From positions 1,952,001-2,016,000 of the forward strand of contig OZ241917.1 in the NCBI GenBank assembly GCA_965203805.1: DNA of 64,000 bases, given 5' to 3'. The translations under genes and the position numbers were made by a program. The stretch comes from Candidatus Latescibacterota bacterium. Lineage in GTDB: Bacteria; Latescibacterota; UBA2968; GCA-2709665. The notes beneath the pieces were generated by a model. The model was given only the letters and a program-made list of their open reading frames with translations. It was not told where the DNA came from and made no database searches. Below are positions 48,086-58,536 of the stretch, in pieces (position 1 is the first letter of the stretch; every line of letters begins with the position of its first letter).

Positions 48086-51000
48086 CTAGAACAACCCGGT
48101 GAAGTCTATCGAGAAATACTGCTTGGGATGGACTGTTTCCGCGAAATCCGTTGGCCATGCCAGGTCGTAGCGGAACAAAAAGGCGCCGAGATTGGCTCGA
48201 ACACCGAATCCGTATCCCGCTTTCAGATCCCGGAGTTCAAAACCACCGTCCCGCGCTTCCCACGGTTCGAAGCTGTCTCGATCGAACGCACTCCCTACAT
48301 CCATGAATAATTCGCCCTGGACGTTCTGGAAGAAGAGCGGCAATGGCCAACCCATTGCCAACTGCCGGATCAGCGGAAAGCGAAAAGCGACATTGGCCAG
48401 CAGGAACGAGTCTCCGGCCATCTCGAATACATCGGCGCCGCGCAGCGGCCAGACAAAACTGGAGAAAAATACGCGTTCCCGGTCGACGGACGCGAATGTG
48501 GCGTAATTCGGATTGATGGAATTGTTCACGCCGCCGAGGAAAAAGACCTGGCTGTTCCGGCCGAAACTGGTCCCTCCTGACATGCGGATCGCAAACGTGT
48601 ATTCCTCCAGCATCGGGACATATTTGCGGTAGTCGGCCTGCACCGTGCCGTACCGCATCCCCGCCCAACTGCCTCTGAGAGACAACCTCGCCCGCCTTCC
48701 CTTTATCGGGCCGAACTGGGAATACAACGCATTGTCTTCGACGAGGTCCAGACTGTTAATTACGGCCCAATTGTCGGAAACGGGCGTTCCACTGCCGCGG
48801 ATGACCCTGCCCGTATAGCCGGCGCGAAGGTATTGACTTTGATAGGAGCCGAGATTCTCGCGTGAAATGTTGATCCCCTGCATACTCGTCTCAAGTCGTG
48901 TAAACCGGTTGAACGGGCGCTGGAACACAGCCCCGCCGCCGTAGATCCTGTCGGCAACGATCTGACCGTTCGATATGAAGAAGTTTCGAGTGTGCAGCGC
49001 ATTCAGGTAATAGTTGGTCTGGTGTTTGAGGTTCTGGTATCCAACGAAAAGGTCGCTGTCTTTGAGGGAGAAGCTCAACCCGGTTCTGATCAGGATTCGG
49101 TGGTCGCCCATCACGTCGGTCAGCGACAGATGGAGCAGGCTGCTGACACCGTAGAAGGTGTCGAAGCCCGCGTTGGCGCCTAAGGACTCGGGTTTGAGTT
49201 TCACGCGGTATTTGTTGATCGTGAACGCCTTGTTCCAGTCTCGCAGCGTCAGTTCCCTGTCGCCGTCGGTCTCCAGGCTGTCGCCGTTGGCAGCCTCCCC
49301 GTCGTCGGCGCCGCGCGCTTCGGCGGCCGCCAGCGCCATCTGGTCCGACATCCACGTCTCCACCTTCCGGTCCGCCGTCGCCGCCGACGTGTCAGCCTCT
49401 GCCGCTGCGGCCACGACCGCGCTGTCGGGCGCCGCCCCGCCGTCCGCGGCTTCCTGCCTGCGTTCCTTCTGCAACTCCACGAACGGCCGGTCTTCGATGC
49501 CCGCCAGCCGCTTCGCGTAACGCGTCAGCGGCAGGTCCTCCATCCCGCGCTTCTGCTTCGGCGGGTCCTTCATCACGAAGATGTCATAGCCCCCGCGGTG
49601 AAACGTCGTGAACGCCAGCTTCTTCCCGTCCGCGCTCCAGTCGATATACCGCGCGCCCGACAGCAGATTGCTGATCGGATACATCTGCGACCCGTCCACG
49701 TGCGCGATGTAGATGTTGCCCACCCCCGTCCTGTCCGACACGAACGCCAGCGTCTTTGAGTCCGGCCCCCACGTGGGATGGCTGTCGTTCACCTCGCTTG
49801 ACACCACCTGCCGGATCTCGCTGCCGTCGGCGCGAAGCACGAACACGTCATACGTCCCGAACGTGAAGTCCTTCGACCCGTCGTATTCCAGATCCGCCAC
49901 GGGACGGTCCGAACTGATCGCGATCCACTCCCCGTCCGGCGACCAGTCCAGGTGCTTCTCGTCATACGGGTCACGCGTCATCCGCCGCAGACCCTCGTCC
50001 TCCACGTTCACCACATACACGTCCGACCACCCGTCCTTCAACCCCACGATCGCGATCTCTTTCCCGTCGGGCGACCACGTCGGCTCGAACAACCCGTCCA
50101 GATCGAACTTGAAACGCTTCGTCACCCGCTTCTTCCGCACGTCCAGCGTATACAATGTGTTCTTGTTGTGCGACTTCGCCGCAAACGCGATCTGCTTCCC
50201 GTCCGGCGACCACGTGATCCCCGGACGCAGCACGAACAACCCCTCGAAATCCGACGAACGCTCCCCCTCCACCAACCGGCCCAGATCCTGACCGTCGATC
50301 GCCGACATCAGATAGATGTCGAACGTCCCCTCACGCTCCGTCACATACGCGATCTTGTCGCCCTGTGGCGAAAACGACGGCGCGATATTGTAAAAACCCC
50401 GACCCGCGCCCGCCTCCGTCAACTGCTTCGCCACCTCCTCCGACGGATGGTGCAGGTTGATCTCGTTCCAATACTGACGCTTCAACCACAACTGCCACTT
50501 CTCGTCCAACTCCTCCACACCCTCGCCCACCGACGCCTTCAGCGCCTTGTCCACCGATCGCGCAGAACGAAACGACGAAATGAACTCCGCCACCTTGTCC
50601 CTGCCATACTCCTCCTCGATCATCACGAAGACCGACTGCCCACCCTTATACGCAAACGCGCCGCTCAACGACATCATCCCCGGCACATAGCCCGTGATCG
50701 TCGCGTGACGCATGAAATTGTCCGCCTCGCGGTCCCATCCCCCCTGCGATAAATACTCCGCCACTCCCTCCGCAATCCACAACGGCGGCAACGACGCCGT
50801 CTGCGTCATCATCGCGCCCAGCCACCCGCCGCCCGTCCACATCTCCAGCGTCACCACGTGCGCCAACTCGTGGTGGATCACATGACGGAAATCGCTATAC
50901 GATCCCGTATACGGGATCACCACGCGACCCTGCGCAAACTCCGTAAACCCGCCCGTGAACTCCGACTGCTCCGTCGGCGTGATGTTCGTCACCGAAAACC

Positions 51001-51280
51001 CGTTGTGAGAATTGTAGATCACAATCGGATACCGGTCCTTCAGCGTATACTTCAGATCCTTCTCCAATCGCACCAGCGCACGCTCCGCCTCCTTCGCCGC
51101 AAACTCCGCCGCAGGCTGCGACACCTTGTCGAAATAAATCTTGAAATGCTCCGTCTCCAGATAGTGCCAGTCGTAATCGTCATACGTTACCTTGTTCTTG
51201 CCGAAATACTCCTGACCCACTGCACTCCCGCACACGAAAAGACTGACGAGGATCCCTAACAGCAAACAGCGCCGGATCAT
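48086..51280 (-). CDS. outer-membrane protein: peptidase MA-like (HExxH) + PD40/TolB propeller + BamA/Omp85-type barrel
   Basis: FGKNKV, TEHF, IGGFTE-like GGFTEF, HHELAH, WIAEGVAEY, repeated P.WSPDG, barrel with LRG, GYGFGVR, RYDLAWP. SD AAGGAGG. Confidence 0.85.
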   Translation of the reverse strand: MIRRCLLLGILVSLFVCGSAVGQEYFGKNKVTYDDYDWHYLETEHFKIYFDKVSQPAAEFAAKEAERALVRLEKDLKYTLKDRYPIVIYNSHNGFSVTNITPTEQSEFTGGFTEFAQGRVVIPYTGSYSDFRHVIHHELAHVVTLEMWTGGGWLGAMMTQTASLPPLWIAEGVAEYLSQGGWDREADNFMRHATITGYVPGMMSLSGAFAYKGGQSVFVMIEEEYGRDKVAEFISSFRSARSVDKALKASVGEGVEELDEKWQLWLKRQYWNEINLHHPSEEVAKQLTEAGAGRGFYNIAPSFSPQGDKIAYVTEREGTFDIYLMSAIDGQDLGRLVEGERSSDFEGLFVLRPGITWSPDGKQIAFAAKSHNKNTLYTLDVRKKRVTKRFKFDLDGLFEPTWSPDGKEIAIVGLKDGWSDVYVVNVEDEGLRRMTRDPYDEKHLDWSPDGEWIAISSDRPVADLEYDGSKDFTFGTYDVFVLRADGSEIRQVVSSEVNDSHPTWGPDSKTLAFVSDRTGVGNIYIAHVDGSQMYPISNLLSGARYIDWSADGKKLAFTTFHRGGYDIFVMKDPPKQKRGMEDLPLTRYAKRLAGIEDRPFVELQKERRQEAADGGAAPDSAVVAAAAEADTSAATADRKVETWMSDQMALAAAEARGADDGEAANGDSLETDGDRELTLRDWNKAFTINKYRVKLKPESLGANAGFDTFYGVSSLLHLSLTDVMGDHRILIRTGLSFSLKDSDLFVGYQNLKHQTNYYLNALHTRNFFISNGQIVADRIYGGGAVFQRPFNRFTRLETSMQGINISRENLGSYQSQYLRAGYTGRVIRGSGTPVSDNWAVINSLDLVEDNALYSQFGPIKGRRARLSLRGSWAGMRYGTVQADYRKYVPMLEEYTFAIRMSGGTSFGRNSQVFFLGGVNNSINPNYATFASVDRERVFFSSFVWPLRGADVFEMAGDSFLLANVAFRFPLIRQLAMGWPLPLFFQNVQGELFMDVGSAFDRDSFEPWEARDGGFELRDLKAGYGFGVRANLGAFLFRYDLAWPTDFAETVHPKQYFSIDFTGLF

Positions 51281-51835
51281 AACTGACCTCCTTACCAGTG
51301 CCGGCGTTGGGGCGGCCGCTTCTTCCAGGCGGGAAACGGCGCCTATGGCGGTGGCGCGCCCACCCGACTCCCATCGGTTGGCGTATCTCAAGATCGTTCA
51401 AGGGCGATGGGGTGAGGGTCGGCCGCCGGGATTTTACCGCCCCCACCCCTGCTCCCGCACGACATCCGCGGGAAATACTCACATCGATAAACCGGATGTC
51501 ATTCGCTTCAGAGAAAGCGGTCGATCCATCCGTCGCACTACACCACTTAGAACGACAGTCCAGCCAAATCGTTCCCCCATTTTTTCCAGTGACATCCTCC
51601 CGGTCTTCCCTATATTAGCCGGCACGGTCGTCAGATCTCACACATACGGGTCTATGCCCTCAACCGGGTATCCCCTGAAGTATAATTGATGTACCACCCG
51701 GTGGACGGCACGCGAGAGCGCGCTACCGGACAGCTGGAAATCGAAATGTCGATCTGTCTGGCAATTTACGGCGCACCTAGGCATTAAATCGGACGCCGGC
51801 GCCAACGCCAGACAGCGCCACGGGAACCATAGTCG

Positions 51836-53023
51836 ATGGAAAAAATCAGAATCGGCATCCTCGGCCTGCGGCGGGGCATTGCTCATCTGCGCAACTTTCT
51901 GGCCGTGGAGCACGCCGACGTCGTGGCAGCGTGCGACCGCTTTCCCTATTACCGCGATCAGGCTCGCACCCTGTTGGAAGATCAGGACTCGTCGGCCGAA
52001 CTGCTGGGGGAATACGAAGACCTTCTCGAACGCAAACCCGACGCCGTGGTCGTCGCCAGTAACGGCAGGCTTCAGGTAGAACACGCCTGCATGGCACTCG
52101 AAGCCGGCTGCCACGTTCTTTCGGAAGTCCCGGGCGCGGACTCGGAACAGGAACTGATACGCCTTCGCGAGGCCGTGGAACGGACCGCACTGACCTACAT
52201 GCTCGCCGAAAACGCCTGTTACGCCGGTTTTGTGCCACTCTGGCGGAAGTGGATCCTCGAAGACCGCTTCGGGCCCGTCTCCATTGCAGAAGCCGAATAC
52301 CTCCACTACCTGCCGCAAACGCTCTTCACGCCGGACGGAAAACGTCTCTCGCCAAGCCAGGCGCGGTCTGGCGGCGGCGCGGATGCGAGGCCCATATGGC
52401 GAGCCGACCAGCCTCCGATCCAGTACCTTACTCACGACCTCGGCCCGCTGCTGGAAATTCTGGACGACCGCGCCGCTTCAGTGACCTGCCTGAGCGCCCC
52501 GTGGCGCAGCAGGGAAGCCCCATTGAGATCGGATGGGCAGATCGCGCTCTTCCATACGCAGAAGGGCACGCTGATCAAAATCATGGTAACCCTGAACACG
52601 ATCCGTCCGTCCGAACACCGCTACCGACTTTTCGGTACCGAAGGCAGCGCGGAGATGTTTTCGTACGAAAACTGCACCCGTTATTTCGACAACGGGGGCA
52701 GTGAAAAAGACGGATGGCGCGTTCTGCCGGTCAGCAGATCCGCCGTCGGCGATGCCACAGGCGGCCACGGAGGAACCGATCTGAAAGTCGCCCGGCACTT
52801 CACGGAGACCCTTCTGAACGGCCGTTCCTCTCCCATAGACGTCTACCGCGCCGTCGAATACGCGCTACCGGGAATCATCGCCGCCCGCTCGGCGGCAATG
52901 GGCGGCACTCCCATGGCGATCCCCGACCTGAGGCGGGAACCGTATTCGGGGACGGACTTCTGGGACACCCTGCAGATTCCGGAAACCGACCCGCCATCCA
53001 CTGTCTACCGGCCACCCCACTAA
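51836..53023 (+). CDS. Gfo/Idh/MocA family oxidoreductase
   Basis: IRIGILGLRRG, LSEVP, MLAEN, EAEYLH, YLTHDLGP, GGHGGTD. Confidence 0.88.
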   Translation: MEKIRIGILGLRRGIAHLRNFLAVEHADVVAACDRFPYYRDQARTLLEDQDSSAELLGEYEDLLERKPDAVVVASNGRLQVEHACMALEAGCHVLSEVPGADSEQELIRLREAVERTALTYMLAENACYAGFVPLWRKWILEDRFGPVSIAEAEYLHYLPQTLFTPDGKRLSPSQARSGGGADARPIWRADQPPIQYLTHDLGPLLEILDDRAASVTCLSAPWRSREAPLRSDGQIALFHTQKGTLIKIMVTLNTIRPSEHRYRLFGTEGSAEMFSYENCTRYFDNGGSEKDGWRVLPVSRSAVGDATGGHGGTDLKVARHFTETLLNGRSSPIDVYRAVEYALPGIIAARSAAMGGTPMAIPDLRREPYSGTDFWDTLQIPETDPPSTVYRPPH

Positions 53024-53083
53024 TCGACCCGCCTTCGATCCCGTCCGTCGCGACTCCGGCTGGCATTACATTATCGTTCAAAA

Positions 53084-54808
53084 ATGGCATACACATCCAT
53101 CGAACTGCAACTTCTGAAAAACAGGCTGGAATCCATCGTGGACGACATGGCAATCACGGTCGTTCGCACCGCCTACTCAACCATTCTCAGAAATTCGATG
53201 GACTTCTCAACCGGCTTCTGCGACGCCGGCGGCCGGCTGGTTGCCCAGGGTCTCTGCCTTCCCCTGCATCTGGGAAGCCTGCCGGACGGTCTCTCCGCCA
53301 TCCTCGAACGGTATCGCGATGCCATTGACGACGGCGATGTGTTTCTGCTCAACGATCCGTATGAAGGCGGCACGCACCTGCCCGACCTGTACATCTACAA
53401 ACCCGTGTTCGTCGACACCCGTCTGCTCGGATTCGCGACGGCGATCGCACATCACACCGACATCGGCGGCCGGGTTGCCGGCGGAAACGCATGCGACTCC
53501 ACGGAAATCTACCAGGAAGGACTGCGGATCCCGCCGCTCAAGCTCTACGCTTCCGGACGTCCGGTCCAGGCGATTTTCGACCTGATCGAACGCAACGTCC
53601 GAGTCCCCCGCAACGCGCTGGGCGACCTCCGCGCCCAACTGTCCGCCTGTCACATTGGCGAAAGCGCATTCGCCGCCCTGGCGCGGGAACAGGGTTTCGA
53701 TCGCCTTCAGAACGGATTCTCCGAGCTTCTGGATTACTCCGAACGCCTTACGCGATCGGAGATCACGGCCCTGCCGGACGGTCGCTACAGCTTTACCGAC
53801 GTACTCGACGACGACGGTATCGATCCGGGCCCGATCCCGATCACTGTCACGGTCGAGGTTGCGGGCAGCGCGCTGTCGGTAGACTTCACCGGCACTGCGC
53901 CACAGGTGGCGGGGGCCATCAACTGCGTCGCTTCTTTCACCAGGTCGGCGGTGTATGCGTGCCTGCGCTGTCTCATGCGGACGGACATCCCCACGAATTC
54001 CGGCTTCTTCCGCGCCGTTGACGTGCGCATCCCGTCCGCCACGATTGCCAACCCGGTGCCGCCGGCGCCTGTCGCCGCCCGCGGCCTCACCGGCTTTCGA
54101 CTCGCCAATACAATCATGGGCGCGCTCGCCCAGTCGGCGCCGCACATCGTACCCGCGTGCGAAGTGGGTGGAGACACTGGTATTTCTATCGGTGGATACC
54201 GGGCGGACCGCACCGCGTTCGTCCTTCTGGAGTTCCTCTTCTGCGGATGGGGGGGACGTCCGGACAGGGACGGTATTGACGGCTGCGCCAGTATCGTGGT
54301 CAATTTCTCCAACAACCCGGCCGAAGTCATCGAAGCCGAATACCCGCTACAAATTCTCGAATACGGATTTTTGCCCGACACGGGCGGGGCGGGCAAATAC
54401 CGCGGCGCCTGCTCGATTGTTCGCGAATACAGGTTTACGGAAACACAGGCGACCCTGCAGATCCGATCGGACCGCCACAAGTCCCGCGCCTACGGCCTGT
54501 CGGGAGGGCTGCCGGGATCCCCGTCCAGGAACATCCTGAACCCGCAGACGGAATCCCGGGAATTGCCCGCCAAGACGTTGCTTACCCTTAAACGAGGCGA
54601 TGTCCTGCGGCACGTACTCGCGGGGGCAGGCGGCTGGGGCAGTCCGCTGGAACGCGACCCTGAACGCGTACTGGACGATGTCCGAAACGGAAAAGTCTCA
54701 ATCCGGTCCGCCGAACGAACCTACGGCGTTGCCATCAATCCCGATACGCTGCAGATCGACGGCGCGGGCACGAGCCGGCTCCCATCCCGTTCCGGGACTG
54801 AACACTGA
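53084..54808 (+). CDS. hydantoinase B / 5-oxoprolinase subunit
   Basis: RTAYS, DFS, NDPYEGGTHLPD, HHTDIGG, EIYQEGLRIPP, GGAGKYRG, GAGGWG. Confidence 0.92.
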   Translation: MAYTSIELQLLKNRLESIVDDMAITVVRTAYSTILRNSMDFSTGFCDAGGRLVAQGLCLPLHLGSLPDGLSAILERYRDAIDDGDVFLLNDPYEGGTHLPDLYIYKPVFVDTRLLGFATAIAHHTDIGGRVAGGNACDSTEIYQEGLRIPPLKLYASGRPVQAIFDLIERNVRVPRNALGDLRAQLSACHIGESAFAALAREQGFDRLQNGFSELLDYSERLTRSEITALPDGRYSFTDVLDDDGIDPGPIPITVTVEVAGSALSVDFTGTAPQVAGAINCVASFTRSAVYACLRCLMRTDIPTNSGFFRAVDVRIPSATIANPVPPAPVAARGLTGFRLANTIMGALAQSAPHIVPACEVGGDTGISIGGYRADRTAFVLLEFLFCGWGGRPDRDGIDGCASIVVNFSNNPAEVIEAEYPLQILEYGFLPDTGGAGKYRGACSIVREYRFTETQATLQIRSDRHKSRAYGLSGGLPGSPSRNILNPQTESRELPAKTLLTLKRGDVLRHVLAGAGGWGSPLERDPERVLDDVRNGKVSIRSAERTYGVAINPDTLQIDGAGTSRLPSRSGTEH

Positions 54809-54845
54809 GCGTGCGTCAGGCATTGCCCGGCGCCGCCAACGGAAC

Positions 54846-54887
54846 AAAAAAGGAACAGCGGGGGCACACCCGGTACCGCCCGCTTTT
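54846..54887. terminator. bidirectional terminator between convergent hydantoinase genes
   Basis: AGCGGG..GGCAC/GTACC..CCCGCT hairpin with an A run on the left and a T run on the right. Confidence 0.55.
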
Positions 54888-54915
54888 CGAACAGGAAATT
54901 CCACGGCAATTTCAC

Positions 54916-56994
54916 TCAACCCACATCGATTACGATATTCCTCCAGTCGTCCACGCGGACGGCAGCGTCCGGGGGGACCAGCGTGGTGGCGTCATAGTCT
55001 TCGACGATGACCGGGCCCGGTACGGGCGTATCCCGGAGGAAACGCCGCGACAAGACCGGTGTTTCGATCCATCCCCGGGGTTCGCCGAAATAGGCGCGCC
55101 TGCTGCCCGGTCCTCCGCCACTTCCTTCCGGCTCATGGATGTCTCTCCCGTGGGGTAACGGCGGCTGGGGCAGAAACGCACGGACCCTCAGGGTTACGAC
55201 CTCGACAGCGTCGCTCTCGGCGCGGTGTCCGTACGTCCGCTCGTGTTCGGCTTCAAAAGCGTCCCTCAGGTCGGCCAGAGTACCGCGGTTCCATCGCCCC
55301 AGGGGCGCCCTGATCGAGAGTTCAAAGGATTGCCCCGCATACCTGAGATCCACGAAGTTTTCCACGGTTGATCCTGGCAACCTCTCTCTGGCCTCGTCAG
55401 CCATCCTTCCAAATGTGGACTGTAGCTCAACCGGTTCTGTTTCCGTCAGGTGTTTCAGCCTGGTTTGCGCCAGATCGTACTGCATTCCCGCGGCGACCAG
55501 ACCGATCGCGCTGAAGAGTCCCGGGGCCGGCGGAACCAGCACCTCCTTAATTCCGAGCGCTCCGGCCATTCCGACGGCGTGCAGGGGACCGCTTCCGCCG
55601 AAGGCCAGTAACGAATACCTTCGGGGATCGCGGCCGCGCTCAGACGAAACCGCCCTTACGGCCCTCACCATTCGGGCAACCGCGATCCGGTGCGCACCGA
55701 GGGCGGCCTCATCCTCCCCCACGTCCATTTCCGACACGACCCATTCCCGCAGGGCGCTTCGGGCCGACGCGACGTCCAGAGACAGGCTGCCGCCAGCCGG
55801 TCCTTCGGGATTCAGATATCCCAGCAGCAGGTTGGCGTCGGTGAGCGCAGGCCGATTCCCCCCGCGCCGATAGCTGGCCGGTCCGGGGTCCGCTCCGGCA
55901 CTCTCCGGTCCCACCTGAAGCGCTCCGCCGCCGTCAACGTGCAGGATACTGCCGCCGCCTGTCCCGATTTCGGCCAGATCGATACAGGGGACCCGGATCG
56001 GGTACCCTCCCCCGGCCATCAATCTTCCCGCAACAGACAACCCGCCGCCGACCTCATAATCCGATATGCGAGAGATACGACCGCCTTCGACGAGCGACGC
56101 CTTGGCCGTCGTCCCGCCCATATCGAACGCAATCAGATCCGGGCATCCGATGCGCCGTCCCAGCGCCGCGGCAGCGACCACCCCGGCGGCCGGCCCGGAT
56201 TCGAGAATCTGAACCGGGCGCTCGACCGCAGTTGTGGTCCCGGTGACTCCACCGCTCGACTGCATGATCCTCAGCGGCGCGTCGATGTCCAGGGCCTTCA
56301 CCCGTGCGTGAAGATCACCCAGGTAGCCCTGCACCACGGGCATGACGTATGCGTTTATCACCGTGGTGCTCGTCCGCTCGTATTCCTTGATCTCAGGCAG
56401 GACATCGGACGACAGCGAGACTGTCCACCGCCCGGCTGCACGCAGCATCTCGCCGATCCTGATCTCGTGGCCGGGATTCACGTACGCATTGAGCAGACAC
56501 ACCGCGACCGACACCACACGCTCTCTCTCCAGGTGTTCGATCGCAACGTGAACGCTCTCCTCGTCCAGTGTTTCCAATACGTCGCCGGCGGCGTCAATCC
56601 GTTCATTGACCTCCAGCCGGAGATACCGGGGCACGAGTGGTTTCGGCTTCTCCCATGAAAGATCGTACAGCCGGGGCGCCCGCAGCCGCCCGATCTCCAG
56701 CACGTCGCGAAAACCCCGTGTTGTAATCAGGCCGGTGCGCGCCCCGGTGCCCCCCAAAACGGCATTGGTCGCCACGGTGGTACCGTGGATGACTTCCGTC
56801 ACCTCCGCCCCCGCTCCCATGACAACCTGACTCACACCATCCACGATGGCAGTCCCGTAATCTCCGGGAGTGGACGGCAGCTTGCAGACTGCCACGCGGC
56901 CGTCCCTGTCCACAGCCACAACATCCGTAAAGGTGCCGCCGATATCGATGCCAATACGCACGGTCGTTACGATCCGGTTAGCGGGTGTCCTCAA
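54916..56994 (-). CDS. hydantoinase A / oxoprolinase (ATP-binding) subunit
   Basis: IDIGGTFTD, HGTTVATN, EYERTSTT, ESGPAAG, DMGGTT, SAGADPGP, FGGSGPLH. TTGA overlap with the NCS2 stop; GTG ~56961 is an alternative start. Confidence 0.92.
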   Translation of the reverse strand: MRTPANRIVTTVRIGIDIGGTFTDVVAVDRDGRVAVCKLPSTPGDYGTAIVDGVSQVVMGAGAEVTEVIHGTTVATNAVLGGTGARTGLITTRGFRDVLEIGRLRAPRLYDLSWEKPKPLVPRYLRLEVNERIDAAGDVLETLDEESVHVAIEHLERERVVSVAVCLLNAYVNPGHEIRIGEMLRAAGRWTVSLSSDVLPEIKEYERTSTTVINAYVMPVVQGYLGDLHARVKALDIDAPLRIMQSSGGVTGTTTAVERPVQILESGPAAGVVAAAALGRRIGCPDLIAFDMGGTTAKASLVEGGRISRISDYEVGGGLSVAGRLMAGGGYPIRVPCIDLAEIGTGGGSILHVDGGGALQVGPESAGADPGPASYRRGGNRPALTDANLLLGYLNPEGPAGGSLSLDVASARSALREWVVSEMDVGEDEAALGAHRIAVARMVRAVRAVSSERGRDPRRYSLLAFGGSGPLHAVGMAGALGIKEVLVPPAPGLFSAIGLVAAGMQYDLAQTRLKHLTETEPVELQSTFGRMADEARERLPGSTVENFVDLRYAGQSFELSIRAPLGRWNRGTLADLRDAFEAEHERTYGHRAESDAVEVVTLRVRAFLPQPPLPHGRDIHEPEGSGGGPGSRRAYFGEPRGWIETPVLSRRFLRDTPVPGPVIVEDYDATTLVPPDAAVRVDDWRNIVIDVG

Positions 56995-58316
56995 TCCATG
57001 AAGAGATACCTGGCGATGAAGATCACCGCCAGCAGATCCACCAGCGGGTTCACTTCATCACCACGACCTCCCAGCCGTTTGACAATGGGAAACGCGATAA
57101 ACCCCAACGCAAGTCCGTCCGAGATACTGAATGTTAACGGCATGGCGATCATCGTCAGAAACGCCGGCAACGCATCCGTGACTTCGTCCCACTTCACGTT
57201 CACTACCGACGCCATCATCAGCACGCCCACTACGATCAGCGCGGGCGCGGTTGCAAACGCGGGAATGGCCTCCATCAACGGCGTAAGGAAAAGCGCGAGC
57301 AGAAACATGGCGCCCGTCACCACACTTGCGAAACCGGTGCGCGCGCCGGCCGAAATGCCCGCCGCACTTTCGATATACGTCGTCACCGTCGACGTCCCGA
57401 AGAGGGAGCCGAACATCGTGCCCAATGAATCGGCCAGCAGCGCACGGTTGGCACGTGGAAGGCGGCCGCATTCGTCCATGAATCCGGCCCTGCCGGACAC
57501 GCCGACCAGCGTACCCATCGTGTCGAACAGATCAACAAACAGGAATACAAGGACAATGCCGATCAGTCCCACGTCGAGCGCGGCCGTCAGGTTGACGGCC
57601 GCGACGCCGAACAATCGATCCGGCCAGACGGGAAAGCCGATAATGCCCTGAGGTGGCGCAGCCACGCCGGTCACCATACCCAGAACCGCCACGCCCAGCA
57701 TTCCCAGCAATATGGCTCCCTTGACACCTCTTGCCAACATGACGCCTGTACCCAGCACGCCCAACAACGTAAGTCCAACGGGACCGCTTCTGATATCGCC
57801 CAGCGCGATCAGCGTCGCCGTGTCTCCGGCTACGATTCCCGCGTTCTGCAGTCCGATAAACGCGATAAACAGGCCGATGCCGCACGCCGTCGCCTGTTTT
57901 ATGGCGTCGGGTACCGCGTTTATTATCGCTTCCCTAACACGTACCAGCGTCAACAACGTGAATAGAATGCCTGACGCAAGAACCACACCCAATGCGAGAT
58001 CCCAACGTACCCCCATGCCGAGTACGACCGAATAGGCGAAGAAGGCGTTCAGACCCATACCGGGCGCCAGCGCAAACGGGTAATTCGATGCGACGCCCAT
58101 GATCAGCGTCGCCATTGCCGCTGAAATGCACGTTGCGAACAACAACTCTCCAAACAGATCCTTACCCAGCGCTTCCGACAACATACCCGGATTCACCGCA
58201 ATTATGTACGCCATCGTTACAAACGTCGTCAGCCCGCCAACCACTTCCGTACGGAAGGTTGCACCGTTCTCTTCGAATTGAAAATACCTCGCAATCGCCC
58301 CCATTCGTCTCTCCAT
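56991..58316 (-). CDS. NCS2/AzgA family nucleobase permease
   Basis: TEVVGGLTTFVTMAYI, APGMGLNAFF, DLFDTMGT, TTYIESAAG..GARTG, MPLTFSI. Confidence 0.93.
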   Translation of the reverse strand: MERRMGAIARYFQFEENGATFRTEVVGGLTTFVTMAYIIAVNPGMLSEALGKDLFGELLFATCISAAMATLIMGVASNYPFALAPGMGLNAFFAYSVVLGMGVRWDLALGVVLASGILFTLLTLVRVREAIINAVPDAIKQATACGIGLFIAFIGLQNAGIVAGDTATLIALGDIRSGPVGLTLLGVLGTGVMLARGVKGAILLGMLGVAVLGMVTGVAAPPQGIIGFPVWPDRLFGVAAVNLTAALDVGLIGIVLVFLFVDLFDTMGTLVGVSGRAGFMDECGRLPRANRALLADSLGTMFGSLFGTSTVTTYIESAAGISAGARTGFASVVTGAMFLLALFLTPLMEAIPAFATAPALIVVGVLMMASVVNVKWDEVTDALPAFLTMIAMPLTFSISDGLALGFIAFPIVKRLGGRGDEVNPLVDLLAVIFIARYLFMD

Positions 58317-58536
58317 CCGCGAATTCCTCCGCCATTCGCCCGCATTCTGCCTTCAAGCGCCGGTTGGCCGGTTTTTGACATTTCGGAACCCATCGTCCGG
58401 GCAGTCGGCTTTAGGCTTGATTTTGCATTGAACTTATATACCTTAATCCCTGTCGGCGAACCTTCAATTCAGCGATCAACTGCATTCGGCCTGCCCCTTT
58501 GAACTGACGATTTGGAGCAGACCACGGAGCCCGGGG

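Noticed and set aside
51578-51770. Possible fourth, inverted copy of the dispersed repeat (CATTTTTTCCAGTGACATCC and CTGGAAATCGAAATGTCGA)
   Set aside because: The two short matches are ~150 nt apart versus 16 nt in the repeat, so they are not colinear and could be chance. nhmmer would decide.
58317-58536. Purine riboswitch upstream of the NCS2 permease
   Set aside because: No purine-riboswitch core (UAUAAU...GGAUAUGG...UUUCUACC...CCGUAAA) on the minus strand.
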